Of a DNA stretch of 64,000 bases, positions 14,101 through 27,400 are shown one piece after another. A model generated the notes under the pieces. It made no database searches, had not been told where the DNA came from, and saw only the letters and a program-made list of their open reading frames with translations. Location: positions 568,866 through 632,865 of the forward strand of contig MNCI01002363.1 in the NCBI GenBank assembly GCA_015680685.1, in the 5' to 3' direction. This DNA is from Gnetum montanum (lineage: Eukaryota; Plantae; Gnetophyta). Both the position numbers and the translations under genes were made by a program. Each line of letters starts with the position of its first letter. Positions within the stretch are counted from its first letter, which is position 1.

Positions 14101-17100
14101 ACTCATGATACCAAGTTGCGATTAGCTTGCAACGGGTACAAAATACTCAAAGATTTGCGCAGCAATGCCAATCAAGGGTCTCTGGGACATGATTAAGAAT
14201 CAGGTTCAATCCTAACAACTTGGAATGCTTATGTATGGATGTAAGAACCTTCAATATGCAAATCATATCAATGACCAGAAGCAGTAAAATGAAGGAAAGT
14301 GCAAATTGTTGTCAGGGATGATTTGAAAGAACCATTAGACATAGGAGGAACAAAGGCAATGAACATGCAGAAAAATGATCAAATTAATGAGACTTGGGGC
14401 TTGCATTCTACATGTAACAGGTTTGGTCTCAACAGTTTATGCTGAGATATGACAAATTTTGGAGAAGGAAACTACTAAAATTTGCTCCAGCTCATTATTT
14501 GACAAGGATTTGCAAGCAAGCGGTTACCAATACGAACCACACATGAGGCATCATTACATTTTTGAATATTCTTCTAATGTATCATGTTAGCTATATGTCC
14601 TCGGCTGTACCATGTAGGGGACAAGTACCCCTTTCAAGCAACGTACCCTACTAGACATGGTGGCTAAGGAACACTGTGAAGTTGTGTGTTTGCAAGAGAC
14701 CAAAGTTCAGCAGCAGGAGTTTCATTGGTTGCGCTGGCCAAGTTGGCACTCCCATTGTGTGCCATGTTAGGGGAGGTCTGGAGGTTTGGCAACCTTGTCT
14801 AAGTGGCCTTTTGGGGTGGTGGATGAATCCAAGTGGAGTATCAATATCCAGCTTCACCGAAAAGGTTTGCAAGTTACGAACTTCTATGGGGGCTCAACAA
14901 TGGAAGGAACACCTGCAAGAGTTGGAATGAATTGCACCCTTGATTGCTAACTAGCAATAGTGGATTTTGGTTGGGGATTTCAACCAGCATCTCCATACGT
15001 GGGAAAAGTCAAATCGGGACATGCCAGACCCTCTGGGGGGTCAGTAGTTTCAAGATTTTCTGACAGCACATGGGCTGGTGGATGTGGAGATTAGGGGGTG
15101 TCAATTCACGAGGTGCAATCAAAGAAAAGGCCATGACAGGCCCATGACCAGAATTGATCACATATGGGCAGGCTTGACCATGCTCATGGATAAAGGGGTG
15201 ATTGTCATTGGAAAAGAAAGAGTTGCATCAGATCTTCAGCCTCTTGTGTGTGTGTTGGGTCCCCCCAAAGATAGGGAGCCTAGACCGTCTAGATTCGAAC
15301 AGTCGTGGTTGATGCAACCATGGTTGATATCAATGATGGAAGATATCTGGAGGACCTCTTTTCTGGATAGTGACCCCAAAGATTTCCTCAAACAGGGGTT
15401 GACTTTGCTCAAGCACCACATTCGCAGGATCAGGTTAGAAGACAAATTCCTGCGGTGTCTGGAACAAATTCAAAAGGACCAAGAGCTGAATCAGACTCAG
15501 GCGGATGATGAGGGAGAGGTGCTAGGGGAGCTCCATGTGCTTGACAAAGAAGAGGAAACTTATTGGAGGCAGAGGGGATGGGTAAGATGGCTCCAAGAAG
15601 GAGATAGAAATACGCATTTCTTTTTTGCAGCTGCTCATTTAGCTTGCTTGGCCAAGTAGACCTGTATTAAGGATGGAGGGGTAATCGTGGAGGGGAAACA
15701 GGCGGTTGCCTAGGTTTTGTGGAAGTACTGGTCTACAATTTGGGAACAACGGTAGACAAAGCCGATCTCCATAGACATTCTGCAAGTGCTTAGGAAGGAG
15801 GACAATCAAAGATTGTCAATGCCCTTTACTCAGGCCGAGTTGAAGGGAGCGATGGCGTCCATGAAGGGGGGGAGGGCGTCAAGTACTAATGGGTGGCCGA
15901 TGGAGTTCTTTCAAACCTTTTATAGTGTGATGGGGGGAAATATCCTGGATGTGTTTAACGAGATGTTGTTCTAGGGGCAAGTGAGACAGGAGATCAACTA
16001 CTCCCGACTAGTGTTGATCTTGAAGACATCAAACCCTTCGAGCCCAGCCCACTTTCATCCTATTGGGGTGTGTAACACTCTTGATCAAGCTTTTCTCGAA
16101 AATGTTGGTGGCACGACTAGTGCCCATGATGCAACGCCTAGTTGGGGAACAACAAGCTAACTTTGTCAAAGGTAGATATTTGTAGGATCAAATTCTTCTA
16201 GTGCAAGAGATGATGCACTCACTTGGGTTAACATGATTTCCTAGCATGTGTTTGAAATTAGACATAACTAAGGCATATGACATGGTCTCTTGGAGTGCAC
16301 TACAGGAAATCATGTTATGTAAGGGTTTCCACCCACATTTTGTGAAATTGTGCCTACATATACAGCAATCAAGTGCATTCTCCTTGGATCTTTGGGGGGG
16401 TGGGGTGGGGGAGGGGGGGGTCGTGGATTGTGGGGGTTCACCTCCCCCCAACAAGGGGTTAAGATAGGGGGGACCCCCTTTCACCCTATCTATTCATTCT
16501 TGTGATGGATGCCATGAACACATATTGCAGGTTAGAATGGGTTAGAGGCCTAGAGGTTGGAGGGGTGCATTGGCTGGTGGAGCACTATGCCAACAATACG
16601 TTCCTATTCACAAGGGCCACCATTTCTCAAGTGCTTGCCATTAACCGGCCTCCTCTCCAAATGGCCAACAAGATTGGGCTAGAGGTTAACAAAGGTAAGT
16701 CTTTGGTGCACCTTCTTAATGTTGAGCAAACGGTGCAAGGAAGAATTGTCCAATTGTTGGGGGTCTTACTGGGGTCCATGGAGGATGCCTACCTGGGATT
16801 ACCTTTGTATGACTAGCATAAAAAACGTGTTTGGGAATGCTTGATCAGAAGAATGCAATTATGGTGGGGAAAGCTCCCCGAAAGAATTAAATTCTTTTTT
16901 TGGTTGATTGGACATGCTGCTCTCCCCGTGCAGCATGTGCTACGAAGGAGGGGGCTACGAGTGAATGCCACGTGTCCCCTTTGCATGGCGAGGGAGGAAA
17001 CGATGGAGCATTTTGCATGGCAATGTACTTATTTAGCATGGGTGTGGCAAGCTACGCAAATTCCACTGCCAATTACGCTGAATAGAGACTCGCCTACCAC

Positions 17101-20100
17101 AACCATCCTTTGGCAATTGTGGAGGACTAGAAACTACCAGATTTTTCAGGACATCGCTTTGCCATTACTGGCACAGCTAGCAACTACAAGTTTTGGGGCA
17201 TGGAGGGAAGCGCAGGTGGCAATGGGGGTGACCCTAACCTACAAACCATCTTGCGAGGAATACCATGCTACTTTAGTCATTTGGCATCTGGTGGATAGGG
17301 TGGGTTGGGCCTCAATGCTAGAGCAGTTCCATGGGGACCCAAACCTGGATGACGGGCCGTTCTATAACAATTGGCATGAGGACATCACTTTGTTTCAGGG
17401 GGTGAGAATTATGTTCACCGAGGCTACCATCACTAGGTACCTACAAGTACTAACGGAAGGGGAGGAGGTGGCGCTACAGGGGAGAGGGCTCCAAGATGTG
17501 TGGGAGTTTCTCCTGGGGACAATGCCCAAGATGGCCAATGGGCAGGTCCCTAACTCAACTTTGGAGCCTATGAGGTAGGATGTTGCGGTGCTCGTGGACC
17601 AGTTTTTCATCCACTCAGGCAACGCATGGAAGCTGCTAGGGGTGCATTTCAACTTCATGCGTTGTCTTCGAAGGGGAATTGTTGTGAACCTACCTTGTTA
17701 CTTTTTGGGGGTGTTGCGTCAAAGGAGGCAAGGAACCCCCTTGTGGCCCACCATCAGTGGTTAAAATTTCTACAGACTCTAGTGAGTCGAAGGAGGTTGC
17801 TTCCAAGGGGAGAGCAAACCGGGGGGTTGTTGGGGAGACTGAAGTGGGGAAGTTGTCGCAACCCCAAGAAGGACTGGAGAGACCCCAAGGGGGGATGGAC
17901 CTCTGACTAGGCCAGGGATGGGGGTTGAAGAAGATGATATGTTGAGGATGGTAGGGCTACTGGCGGACCTAGAGGCGGTGGAGGACAAGCATGCGGAGGA
18001 GCATGCGATTTGGGCAGAGCAGCTAAGATGGCGATAGGAGGAGTTCCAGAAGGAGCTGGAATAGCTAAGGTGGCGAGAGGCAAAGTTCCAACAAGAGCTA
18101 AAATAGCTGACCCAACACTATGAGGAGGCGATGAGGGTAGAACAAATGTAGCGTGACTTGGCAAAGGCAACGACCAAGTAGGATTTGGAAGAGAAGCTTC
18201 AATAGTAGATACGAGAAGAGCTCCAGGAGGAGGCTCAGCTCCAAGAGGAGCAGGCGAGGAAGAAGCAGCAACAATGAGAGGAAGAGGTGCAAGAAGAGGC
18301 AAAGATTCAAGCACGGCTAGATCAGGCCCATGAGGATCATGCACGTTCATGGCTACAAGAGGGGAGATGCTCCTAAATTTTGGACATCTAGTGTAGCACT
18401 CCGTGGGCCACGCTCTGAAGGCATATCCGATGCCAAATTCAAAAGCTGCATCTAGATGGGGAGAAGAACATTGAGAAGCAAGAAAGGACAAAGGCAAGCT
18501 TCAAGGAATTTTAGTAGGCGGCAACCTTTGTTGCCATCGAGTGCAATAGGGTTGTGCTAGATACCATTCACAGCCAAAAGCAATGCTGCTGTAGGTGCTC
18601 AACGCTTCCTATGTGTCTTTAGATTGTTTGTGGGTGAGGTCTCTTTTGATCGGTGTGACCTGGGTGTGGGCTTTAAATGTGTTTTTGTTTTCTTGTGTCT
18701 GTAGCTTCTTCTAAATTCTCTGAGAGAATTCTGGTGAGTGGGTGGGGGGGCCTGTAACCTCCAATTTGGGAGAAGGGGAGATGCTTTCTCCCCGTATTTT
18801 TTGGAGATGTTGATATGATGTACATGTTTTTGTTTCATTTAATTTTACACCCAAAGTTTCTCCAAAAAAACAAAAAAAAAACTACTAAAATTTAATTGTC
18901 TAAGATACTCAAATTGTTATAGTGGTTTTTAAACCCTACAATAAAACTCTGATTTTTTATATAGCCTTAAAAATAAAAAGGATATTGTAAACAATAGTGT
19001 TGTTTATAAAATATCTTACATTTGTAAAAAATATTACATTTATGAAATAGGCAAAACTTTCTCTATTAGATTGAAAGAGCCATCAAAAAACATACAGTAA
19101 AATAGATCTTCTAAATCACTTCTTTTAGAATATATTTAAAAAGATAACCCCTCTTAAAAGCATGTGGTTAATAGAAAATAGTAAAGTTCTTTATATAATG
19201 GAAAACTTTGTAGATTAAAAATCAGAATTCATTCAAGTAATCTTAATAGAGATTGAACTTATTTTACACAGAGATAATGCAGCCGAAAAATCCTAAAGGT
19301 AATGAACAAAGTGCAAAACTAAAACAAAAAACCAGAACAATCATTTAACAAAGTGCAAAACCAAAATAATAGAATAATGAGGTGTTTGCCTCATGGTAAG
19401 ACTCTTGATTTGAAAGCTTCAAGTCATGGGTTTAATTTTGGTGGGCAATGCTGCGTTATGAAGTTCTAATGGGACTATATAACTTACAAAATAGCAAATA
19501 AGATGTACAAGATTTACGAGGTAAAACCCTCAAAAACAAAGAGAAACCTCCATAGGAAAAAAGGCCCAACTCTTATTGTTTGATCAACCCAAATGAGGTG
19601 TTCTTATACAATGACCAAGGGATCTAGCCCTTAAATAGGCAAAGTCATGTTACAAAGTCTAACCTAGAAATTTCTAGAACATTCCAGAGAATTACTTCTA
19701 AATTAAAAATTGAACCCACAAAACTAACTAACAATAGTTTATCCCTTACAAAATGATCATATTTAACAATTAAATAATCTTGCTTTTGCATTGAACAACT
19801 AAACTACCCCATGAAGACATCACCACCTCCATTCATGACACCTCACTTCAATAACACACCTCCCACTAAAACTTGCATCAAGGAGAAAACATTTACACCT
19901 AAACAAACCAAAAGCAAGGACATGATACAAAAACTACAACTGCAATTATTATAAAACCTAGAAGCTCCCCACAATAACACCAAGGCCTTCCAAACACCCT
20001 ATAAAACTAAGATCATGTGTTAACCTATAAAACATAAATAGAAAATAGAAAATCTTGTGCTTATGCAAGAGACATCTAAATTGACCAATTTTAATCAATC

Positions 20101-23100
20101 CCTCTATAGCATCTACAAATTCATCTTTCTTCATGCAGTAAACATAAACTTGGACACAACACAAAAGACATTGTAAACAATGCAATATTCATATTTACAT
20201 GTTCAAAGAATAAAATAGACATCAAAATTTAATTCCCTTTAATGCTTCAGATATAACTCTAGTAGAAACAAACTTGCAATCTCTATTTACATGCCTACAT
20301 TTATCACATTTCCAACAAACTGGTATCCTGTTCTTTTTATTGCTCTGTATAAGCAACACTTCACTTTCTAGTAAAGTTGTGAAGGTGTTGTCACTTATTG
20401 TTGTCATTGCATGAACACTTCTTCCCAATAATGTTCCCAACAGTATCAACAAATGTTCATCACTTAAAACCTTGTGACCCATTACTTCTAGATTTGCTAT
20501 TGCAATATTAAATTTTGCCAAAAATTCAAAAAGCATTTCAGCTTCTTGCATTTCAAGCCAATACAATTTCCTATACAAAAAAACCTATTATAGGATGCAA
20601 TAGCTTGAAACCTTAGTTCTAATTTCCTAAGCAAATCTGATGTTGATTTTTACTCCTAGTATTCTACCAAAATTGCATCGCAATGCACCTACAAATCAAG
20701 GTCAATGGCTTTCGATTCCATTTTTGAAATTCTTTATTAGTCATGAAGAAAAATTTCTAGTCAAAACAATAACTCATTCCCTTTCATATAACAAATCTAC
20801 AATCTTCATCTTCCAAAGACTATAGAAACTTCCATCAAACTTTTGAATAAGAACCATTTTTGGATTCATGCACACTTAAGCAAGAATATCCAAAAGTAAA
20901 AACCAAAAATATAAGCAAATCTAAAGAAACACTTCAAAATTTGCATCCCCACTCATTTCTTTACACAAACAACATCCTCACAACATGGAATTTCTACAAC
21001 TCCCACTTTAGAACTTTCAAAAAAAAATTTCTCCACAAAATTGCACTTCTACACTATTAAATCTTGCTCTAGCCTGCATAAAAGAACCTGCCATAGAGAA
21101 AACTCATAAGGCCTCAACCTCTCTCTAATACTACTCTATTAGAGAAAAATAGCATGGTAAAGCAAATGGACAAAAATTATGTAAGAAAGAAAACACAGAT
21201 AACGTAATTGAAAATTCCTAAAAATACTAAGCAAAATACAAAATCAAAATAGTAGTTGCTGCAAAACAACAAACAAGAGACACAAGATTTAAACCTCCAT
21301 AGAAGAAGCCCAACTCTTATTATTCAAAAGATCCAAAAGAGGTGTTTTCATACAATGACCAAGGGATCCACCCCTTAAATAGGCAAGGCCATGTTACAGA
21401 CTCTAATCTACAAACATCTTAAAATTATCTTTCTAGAATTGTTTTAGCAATGTAAAACATTTTGGATAATCACTTCTAGATTAAAATCAAACTCCACAAA
21501 CCATCTAGAAAGAACCCATTAACTAACAATAGCTCATCCTTTACAAAAAGATCATATTTACCAATTAAACAATAGAGTTACAAGATTTAACTTCACATTT
21601 ATAACATCGGGTTCCAATACCTCCCCTCCTCTTGTATATAATTCTTTTTCTTTAGTTCTTAAGAAAATTATAAGAATTTTTTGCTAGTGATTGTTTACTT
21701 ATCCAAAAACTAGTTGTTATCCTTTAAAAGCTTGATTCTTTCTTCTTTATCTTTATTTTTAAATTTAAAAAATATTTTTTTAAGATTTAAACTAACTATT
21801 ACCTACTATATCTCAATTAGCCATTGCCTATAGCACTATATATTCTCTTTCTATTCCTTAAAAAATCAATTACAACTAATGATTATTCTAGTATGATTTT
21901 TAATGTTTTGCAAAAAAAAAAATGCAAGTTATGTATGGTACAAAGATTCAAATTGTCTTTTAACGAATGCAATAAAGATAATTTCCTCTAGAGAATACAA
22001 GGTGAAATGTAGTAAAGATACACATCTGGTTTAACAAAAGAAAGGAACCATCTTCTACAAAGATGGGCACAAACAATGCAGAGTTTGTTGACAGACACCC
22101 CATGTAATGCAAATTGGGGACAGGATGAATCACCGCTGCTTAGAAAGTGCAATCAGATGGAACAATTTGCATGCATATTGCATGATAAAAACATCACTCA
22201 CTCATCTATTATTACCAAATAGAATTAACACGAGTTCTACGGGATTTCTGAAAAGTATAGCAAGAACAAAAGCACAGGCTGTTGAATGAAAGACTTGTAC
22301 TGCAAGTCCAAGAAGGTTTTAGGATAAAAAGATTTTTAGGATTATTAATTTTTGTGATAAACGCCATCATCTTGTATGGTAGGTAATTAGGTACATCAGA
22401 TCTACAATCTGGACTTCTGTTAATTATTTTCAAAAGTTTTACTGCTCTAGATTTGCATTTGCTGTACCTTTGGACAATTGTAACATTAGAAAACAAAGAA
22501 AGTTGATACAATTGTTTCCTTTCACCATTTTATTTTCAGCATGTATGCCAATGCAAATATCAAAGCCATCAAACTTCCAAGCCTTGCAGCAGTTTTTCAG
22601 CAACAGCCATCATCATTGTTCAATCTTTATGATGACCTTAGATTGTTTTTATGTATTCATAGTTAAAATGCTAGTATGCTCAATTAGCAGATATAGAGCC
22701 ACCATTGGATGAACCGTATATTAATTTTGCAAGTGACACCTGAAACAAATATTCTCTTTAAAAGTATTTAGTTTGAATAATAGAGAACTCCACCAATGTC
22801 ATTGCCAAACCCAGATATGAAAGGAGGAGAGTTGGCTGTAAAGCCTTGCCAAATCTCATGGATGAGTTTCTTTTTCAGATTTTGCAAATGCTAGTGCATT
22901 TGCCAGATGCAATGCGCAACAGTCACATGATCGAAGATGATTTGAAGAAACCAAAAATAAACAAAGATCTAGCTCTTCATAGAGGCAAATGGCAAAAAAG
23001 AACTCAAGTAGATGACCTCATTTTGTTGGGACAAGGCTAGTAGGATGATGATGAGTTTGAATAATAGAGGAGGTTATAAATTGACTGTTAAATTCCTTTG

Positions 23101-24429
23101 GCTAGCATGTTTTCTCTTGTAATTTCATCATGATTAGATATCTAAGTTCACCCAAAAGTCTACTGCTATTAAATTGAAGCATAAGAAACATTACAATGAG
23201 CTCTCACACTACTGGGGGGAGGTTTGGACCAAGCGACCTACTCAACCCATCTCAGTCCATGTCAGTCCATGTGGAAAAGGTGCTCAATGCTGCGGACAAT
23301 CGCCGTCTACTGGCCCCCTTCTCCTGGCCAGAACTGACCAACACCATCAACAACATGCCAAGAGGCAAAGCGCCTGGACCGGATGGCTGGTTGCTGGAAT
23401 TCTTCAAAGTTTTCATGGACATTGTGGGGCCCAACCTTCTGGATGCTTTCAACATCATGCTGGCCAAACGACAAGTGCGGCGCGAACTCAACTGCTCTCA
23501 AATCATTTGCATTCCAAAACAGTTGAACGCCCGCCGCCCGGAACACTTTCGTCCCATTGGAGTTTGCAATGTCCTCATTAGAATATTCTCCAAACTCCTG
23601 GTCAACCGCCTGGGACCCCTCTTACCCAAGTTGGTTGGAAGCAATCAGGCTGGTTTCATTCAAGGTAGGACCCTCCAAGATCAGGTTCTTCTCATGCAAG
23701 AGGTCCTCCATTCCCTTCGTACCACAGGCTTTCCTGGTATGTGTCTCAAGCTGGACATAGCCAAGGCGTACGACACACTTAGTTGGGATGCCTTACAAGA
23801 TATCATGCATAAAAAAGGTTTTGATCGTGGTTTTATCCAATTATGTATGCATATCCAGTCCTCCGCGGGTTTCTCCTTCGACGTGGGGGGACGACTGTGG
23901 GGTTTCTCTTCGCCTAGTAGGGGTCTACGACAAGGTGACCCACTCTCTCCCTTGCTTTTCATCATTGCCATGGACCTCATGCAATATTATTGCAGCACAT
24001 CAGGCGTGGAGGGCTTGGATACTGTTGGGGTGGCATGCCGTGTTGAACACTATGCTGACGACACCATGTTACTTAGCCGAGCAGCGGCCCCACAGGCAAG
24101 ATGTATCAACATGGCCTTAACCAGACTGGCTGCTGAATTAGGCTTGGAAATCAACAAAACAAAATCAGCAGCGTATTTCAGCAATGTTGATCCATAGGTG
24201 AAGAACAGGGTGACACAAATCCTGAACATTCAATCGAGGACTGTCACCGATACCTACCTTGGTGTCCCGCTGTTCCAATGGGGGCGGACCAATGCATGGA
24301 CTCCCCTCCTGACCAAGCTCGAAAAGCGGATGAACCATTGGGCCAATCGCTTTCTTACATGGAAGGGCCGCCTCCTAGTGGCAACAGGGATCTTCACGGC
24401 CATCACACGGTTTGTGGCGGCGGTCGCCG

Positions 24430-24468
<39 letters not shown>

Positions 24469-27400
24469 GGCCATCTTTCAACAGATCAACACCATGATAC
24501 GAAGTTTCATTTGGCGGGGGGGCAAAAGGGGGAGCAAGCTTCATTTGGTCAACTGGCATCGCATTGCCCGCCCTCACAAAGCGGGGGGGCTGGGGGGGTC
24601 ACGTCCTTCGAGGACGAAAGCATGATGGGTCAGCAACAGCTCGTTCACAGGCTGATGCGCACGCAAGGGGAGCTCAGCCCCTGGGCCCGCATCATTCAAC
24701 GAAAATACACACCCTAGCAAATCGGCCCGCGCCCCTCGCGGCCCTGGCAGACAATCTGCCGGCATGAACAGGAAATGATGCACTTGGGCTGGACCCACCT
24801 CAAGCCTCGCGCCATGCTGACACAAAAATATCCACCGGAGGACGGCTGGCAGGAGATCTGGGGCGGGCGGCTCCCCAAAAAAATCAAACTGTTCCTCTGG
24901 CTCATTAAGTCCGTCGCGCTTCCCGTACGCGCCGTACTGCAGCAGCGCGGCATCATGCACGATGACACGTGCCCCCGATGTGAAAACGGCTCAGAAACCA
25001 TCACGCACTTCATTCATAGGTGCCCTTGCATGCTTGCCATCTAGCGCGCATCGGCAATGCCCCCCCCCCCCGAGACGGCTTAATGGTGACTCCTGGGCAT
25101 CCCTGCTTTTATGGCACGCCTGGAAGGCGCGTAATCGCACGATTTTTCTGCAGGTCAGAACTCCCCCTCCCCAACAGATCATTGCGCAGACCGGCAGGGC
25201 GTGGAGAGAGATAACGGGCGCCATGGGAACTACACCGACGTTCAAGCCTGACTGTAGCAAGTACCGCGCCAATGAGGAGCTTTGGCGGCTAGTTGTCCGC
25301 TGCGGCTGGGCCGACCTGCTACAGCGGTTGGTCGGCGACCCTAACCTTACTGATGCCCCTTTTTTTACTAACTGGCAAACTAACAGTACCTACTTCCAAG
25401 GACACGTGATTCGTCTCACTGAATCTGCTATTGCCAGCTGTTTGGGGGTCCCGGCCGCTAGTGAAATCATCCTGCCGACCACCCGTGGCCTCCAGGACAC
25501 CATTGCCTTTTTCGAGGGATCGGCCCCAAGAACGCAGAGCCGCCAAATCCCCCAATCTTCTCTCCCACGCCTCTGGGCCCGGGCCGCCGGCTTGGTGGAC
25601 CGCTTTTTCGTCCAATCAGGCAACATGTCAAAGCTCCAGGGATTGCATTTCACTTTCCTGCGATGCTTGAAATATGGTGTCCAAATTAACTTGCCGCGGT
25701 TTTTTCTTGAGAGCCTCCCTCTTAAGAGACGAGGTCGCCATTCGGGGCTGATTCTGGCGTTATGGAGGGGGGNNNNNNNNNNNNNNNNNNNNNNNNNNNN
25801 NNNNNNNNNNNNNNNNNNNNNNNNNNNNNNNNNNNNNNNNNNNNNNNNNNNNNNNNNNNNNNNNNNNNNNNNNNNNNNNNNNNNNNNNNNNNNNNNNNNN
25901 NNNNNNNNNNNNNNNNNNNNNNNNNNNNNNNNNNNNNNNNNNNNNNNNNNNNNNNNNNNNNNNNNNNNNNNNNNNNNNNNNNNNNNNNNNNNNNNNNNNN
26001 NNNNNNNNNNNNNNNNNNNNNNNNNNNNNNNNNNNNNNNNNNNNNNNNNNNNNNNNNNNNNNNNNNNNNNNNNNNNNNNNNNNNNNNNNNNNNNNNNNNN
26101 NNNNNNNNNNNNNNNNNNNNNNNNNNNNNNNNNNNNNNNNNNNNNNNNNNNNNNNNNNNNNNNNNNNNNNNNNNNNNNNNNNNNNNNNNNNNNNNNNNNN
26201 NNNNNNNNNNNNNNNNNNNNNNNNNNNNNNNNNNNNNNNNNNNNNNNNNNNNNNNNNNNNNNNNNNNNNNNNNNNNNNNNNNNNNNNNNNNNNNNNNNNN
26301 NNNNNNNNNNNNNNNNNNNNNNNNNNNNNNNNNNNNNNNNNNNNNNNNNNNNNNNNNNNNNNNNNNNNNNNNNNNNNNNNNNNNNNNNNNNNNNNNNNNN
26401 NNNNNNNNNNNNNNNNNNNNNNNNNNNNNNNNNNNNNNNNNNNNNNNNNNNNNNNNNNNNNNNNNNNNNNNNNNNNNNNNNNNNNNNNNNNNNNNNNNNN
26501 NNNNNNNNNNNNNNNNNNNNNNNNNNNNNNNNNNNNNNNNNNNNNNNNNNNNNNNNNNNNNNNNNNNNNNNNNNNNNNNNNNNNNNNNNNNNNNNNNNNN
26601 NNNNNNNNNNNNNNNNNNNNNNNNNNNNNNNNNNNNNNNNNNNNNNNNNNNNNNNNNNNNNNNNNNNNNNNNNNNNNNNNNNNNCAGTGGGCCATCCCTG
26701 ATGTCCCATTGTTTTGTATACTTGTGTACCATACTTCATAGTAATACAAACCCGAACATTTTCTCAAAAAAAAATGGCAAATCAATATAAAACATCGGGT
26801 CAATGAGGATTCAAGCCAACTGGAAGCTTCAATGAAAGCAGAATTGAATTGGTAATGCAGTTTTATTATATCACTCCTATGCTTACCTTCTGTTTTCTCT
26901 CTCTTGCTGCAGACCCTTTTAAGGATAATGCATATTTAAATGTATTTTTCTGTTTTTGTGAATGTTTTCTATTTCTTAGTCCTAGAATATATGTTAAGAT
27001 TTTGCAGAAAATCCAGTTGTAGATTTTATTATAGGCTACTTCCTTGCTTGCTGAAGATTTTATAAAATTTCCACTTTAATCTCTCAACTGCATTCCATTT
27101 GATCAAGGTAATCATGGTGTCATGCGCTTGTTTTTCCCATCAGATAGTTATGACATCAACAAGTTTTATTGGGTACAGAAACTCTATGACTTTTAGGTTA
27201 TTCTCAATTCTGAACATTGAAAGGCATTCAATCCATTCAAGCCAGGGAAGCAAGGAACTTCTCTTGAATCATTGTTGCTTTTGAAAAGTTGGAGCATCAT
27301 TGCATCATCTTCTTGGGGTCTTCTAGCATCAATCATACTCAAAAGCATCTTCATTTTCACCTCTTTCAACTTCAAAGGCACTTACATTTTCTTCTTCACT

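Larger units (their letters stand above)
23195..26774 (+). mobile_element. L1-clade LINE copy 2 (5'-truncated, younger, GC-rich), same family as copy 1; 3' part mostly in the N gap
   Basis: Near-intact RT (KAPGPDG, FRPIGVCN, KLDIAKAYD, RGLRQGDPLSP, YADD), GGLG, zf-RVT (CPRC..ETITHF..C) and the extra domain. Ends TTCTCAAAAAAAAA near 26774, like the copy 1 tail. No TSD found. Confidence 0.9.

Noticed and set aside
17907-18497. 196-aa Pro/Leu/Ser-rich minus-strand ORF
   Set aside because: Antisense shadow of the purine-rich coiled-coil region of LINE copy 1.
24198-24717. Polyproline/polyglycine proteins
   Set aside because: Translations of a C homopolymer inside the LINE ORF2.
25390-26803. Long ORFs of 336-579 aa in several frames
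   Set aside because: Their length comes from the N run. Only the part before 25773 in the 24962 frame is real coding sequence.
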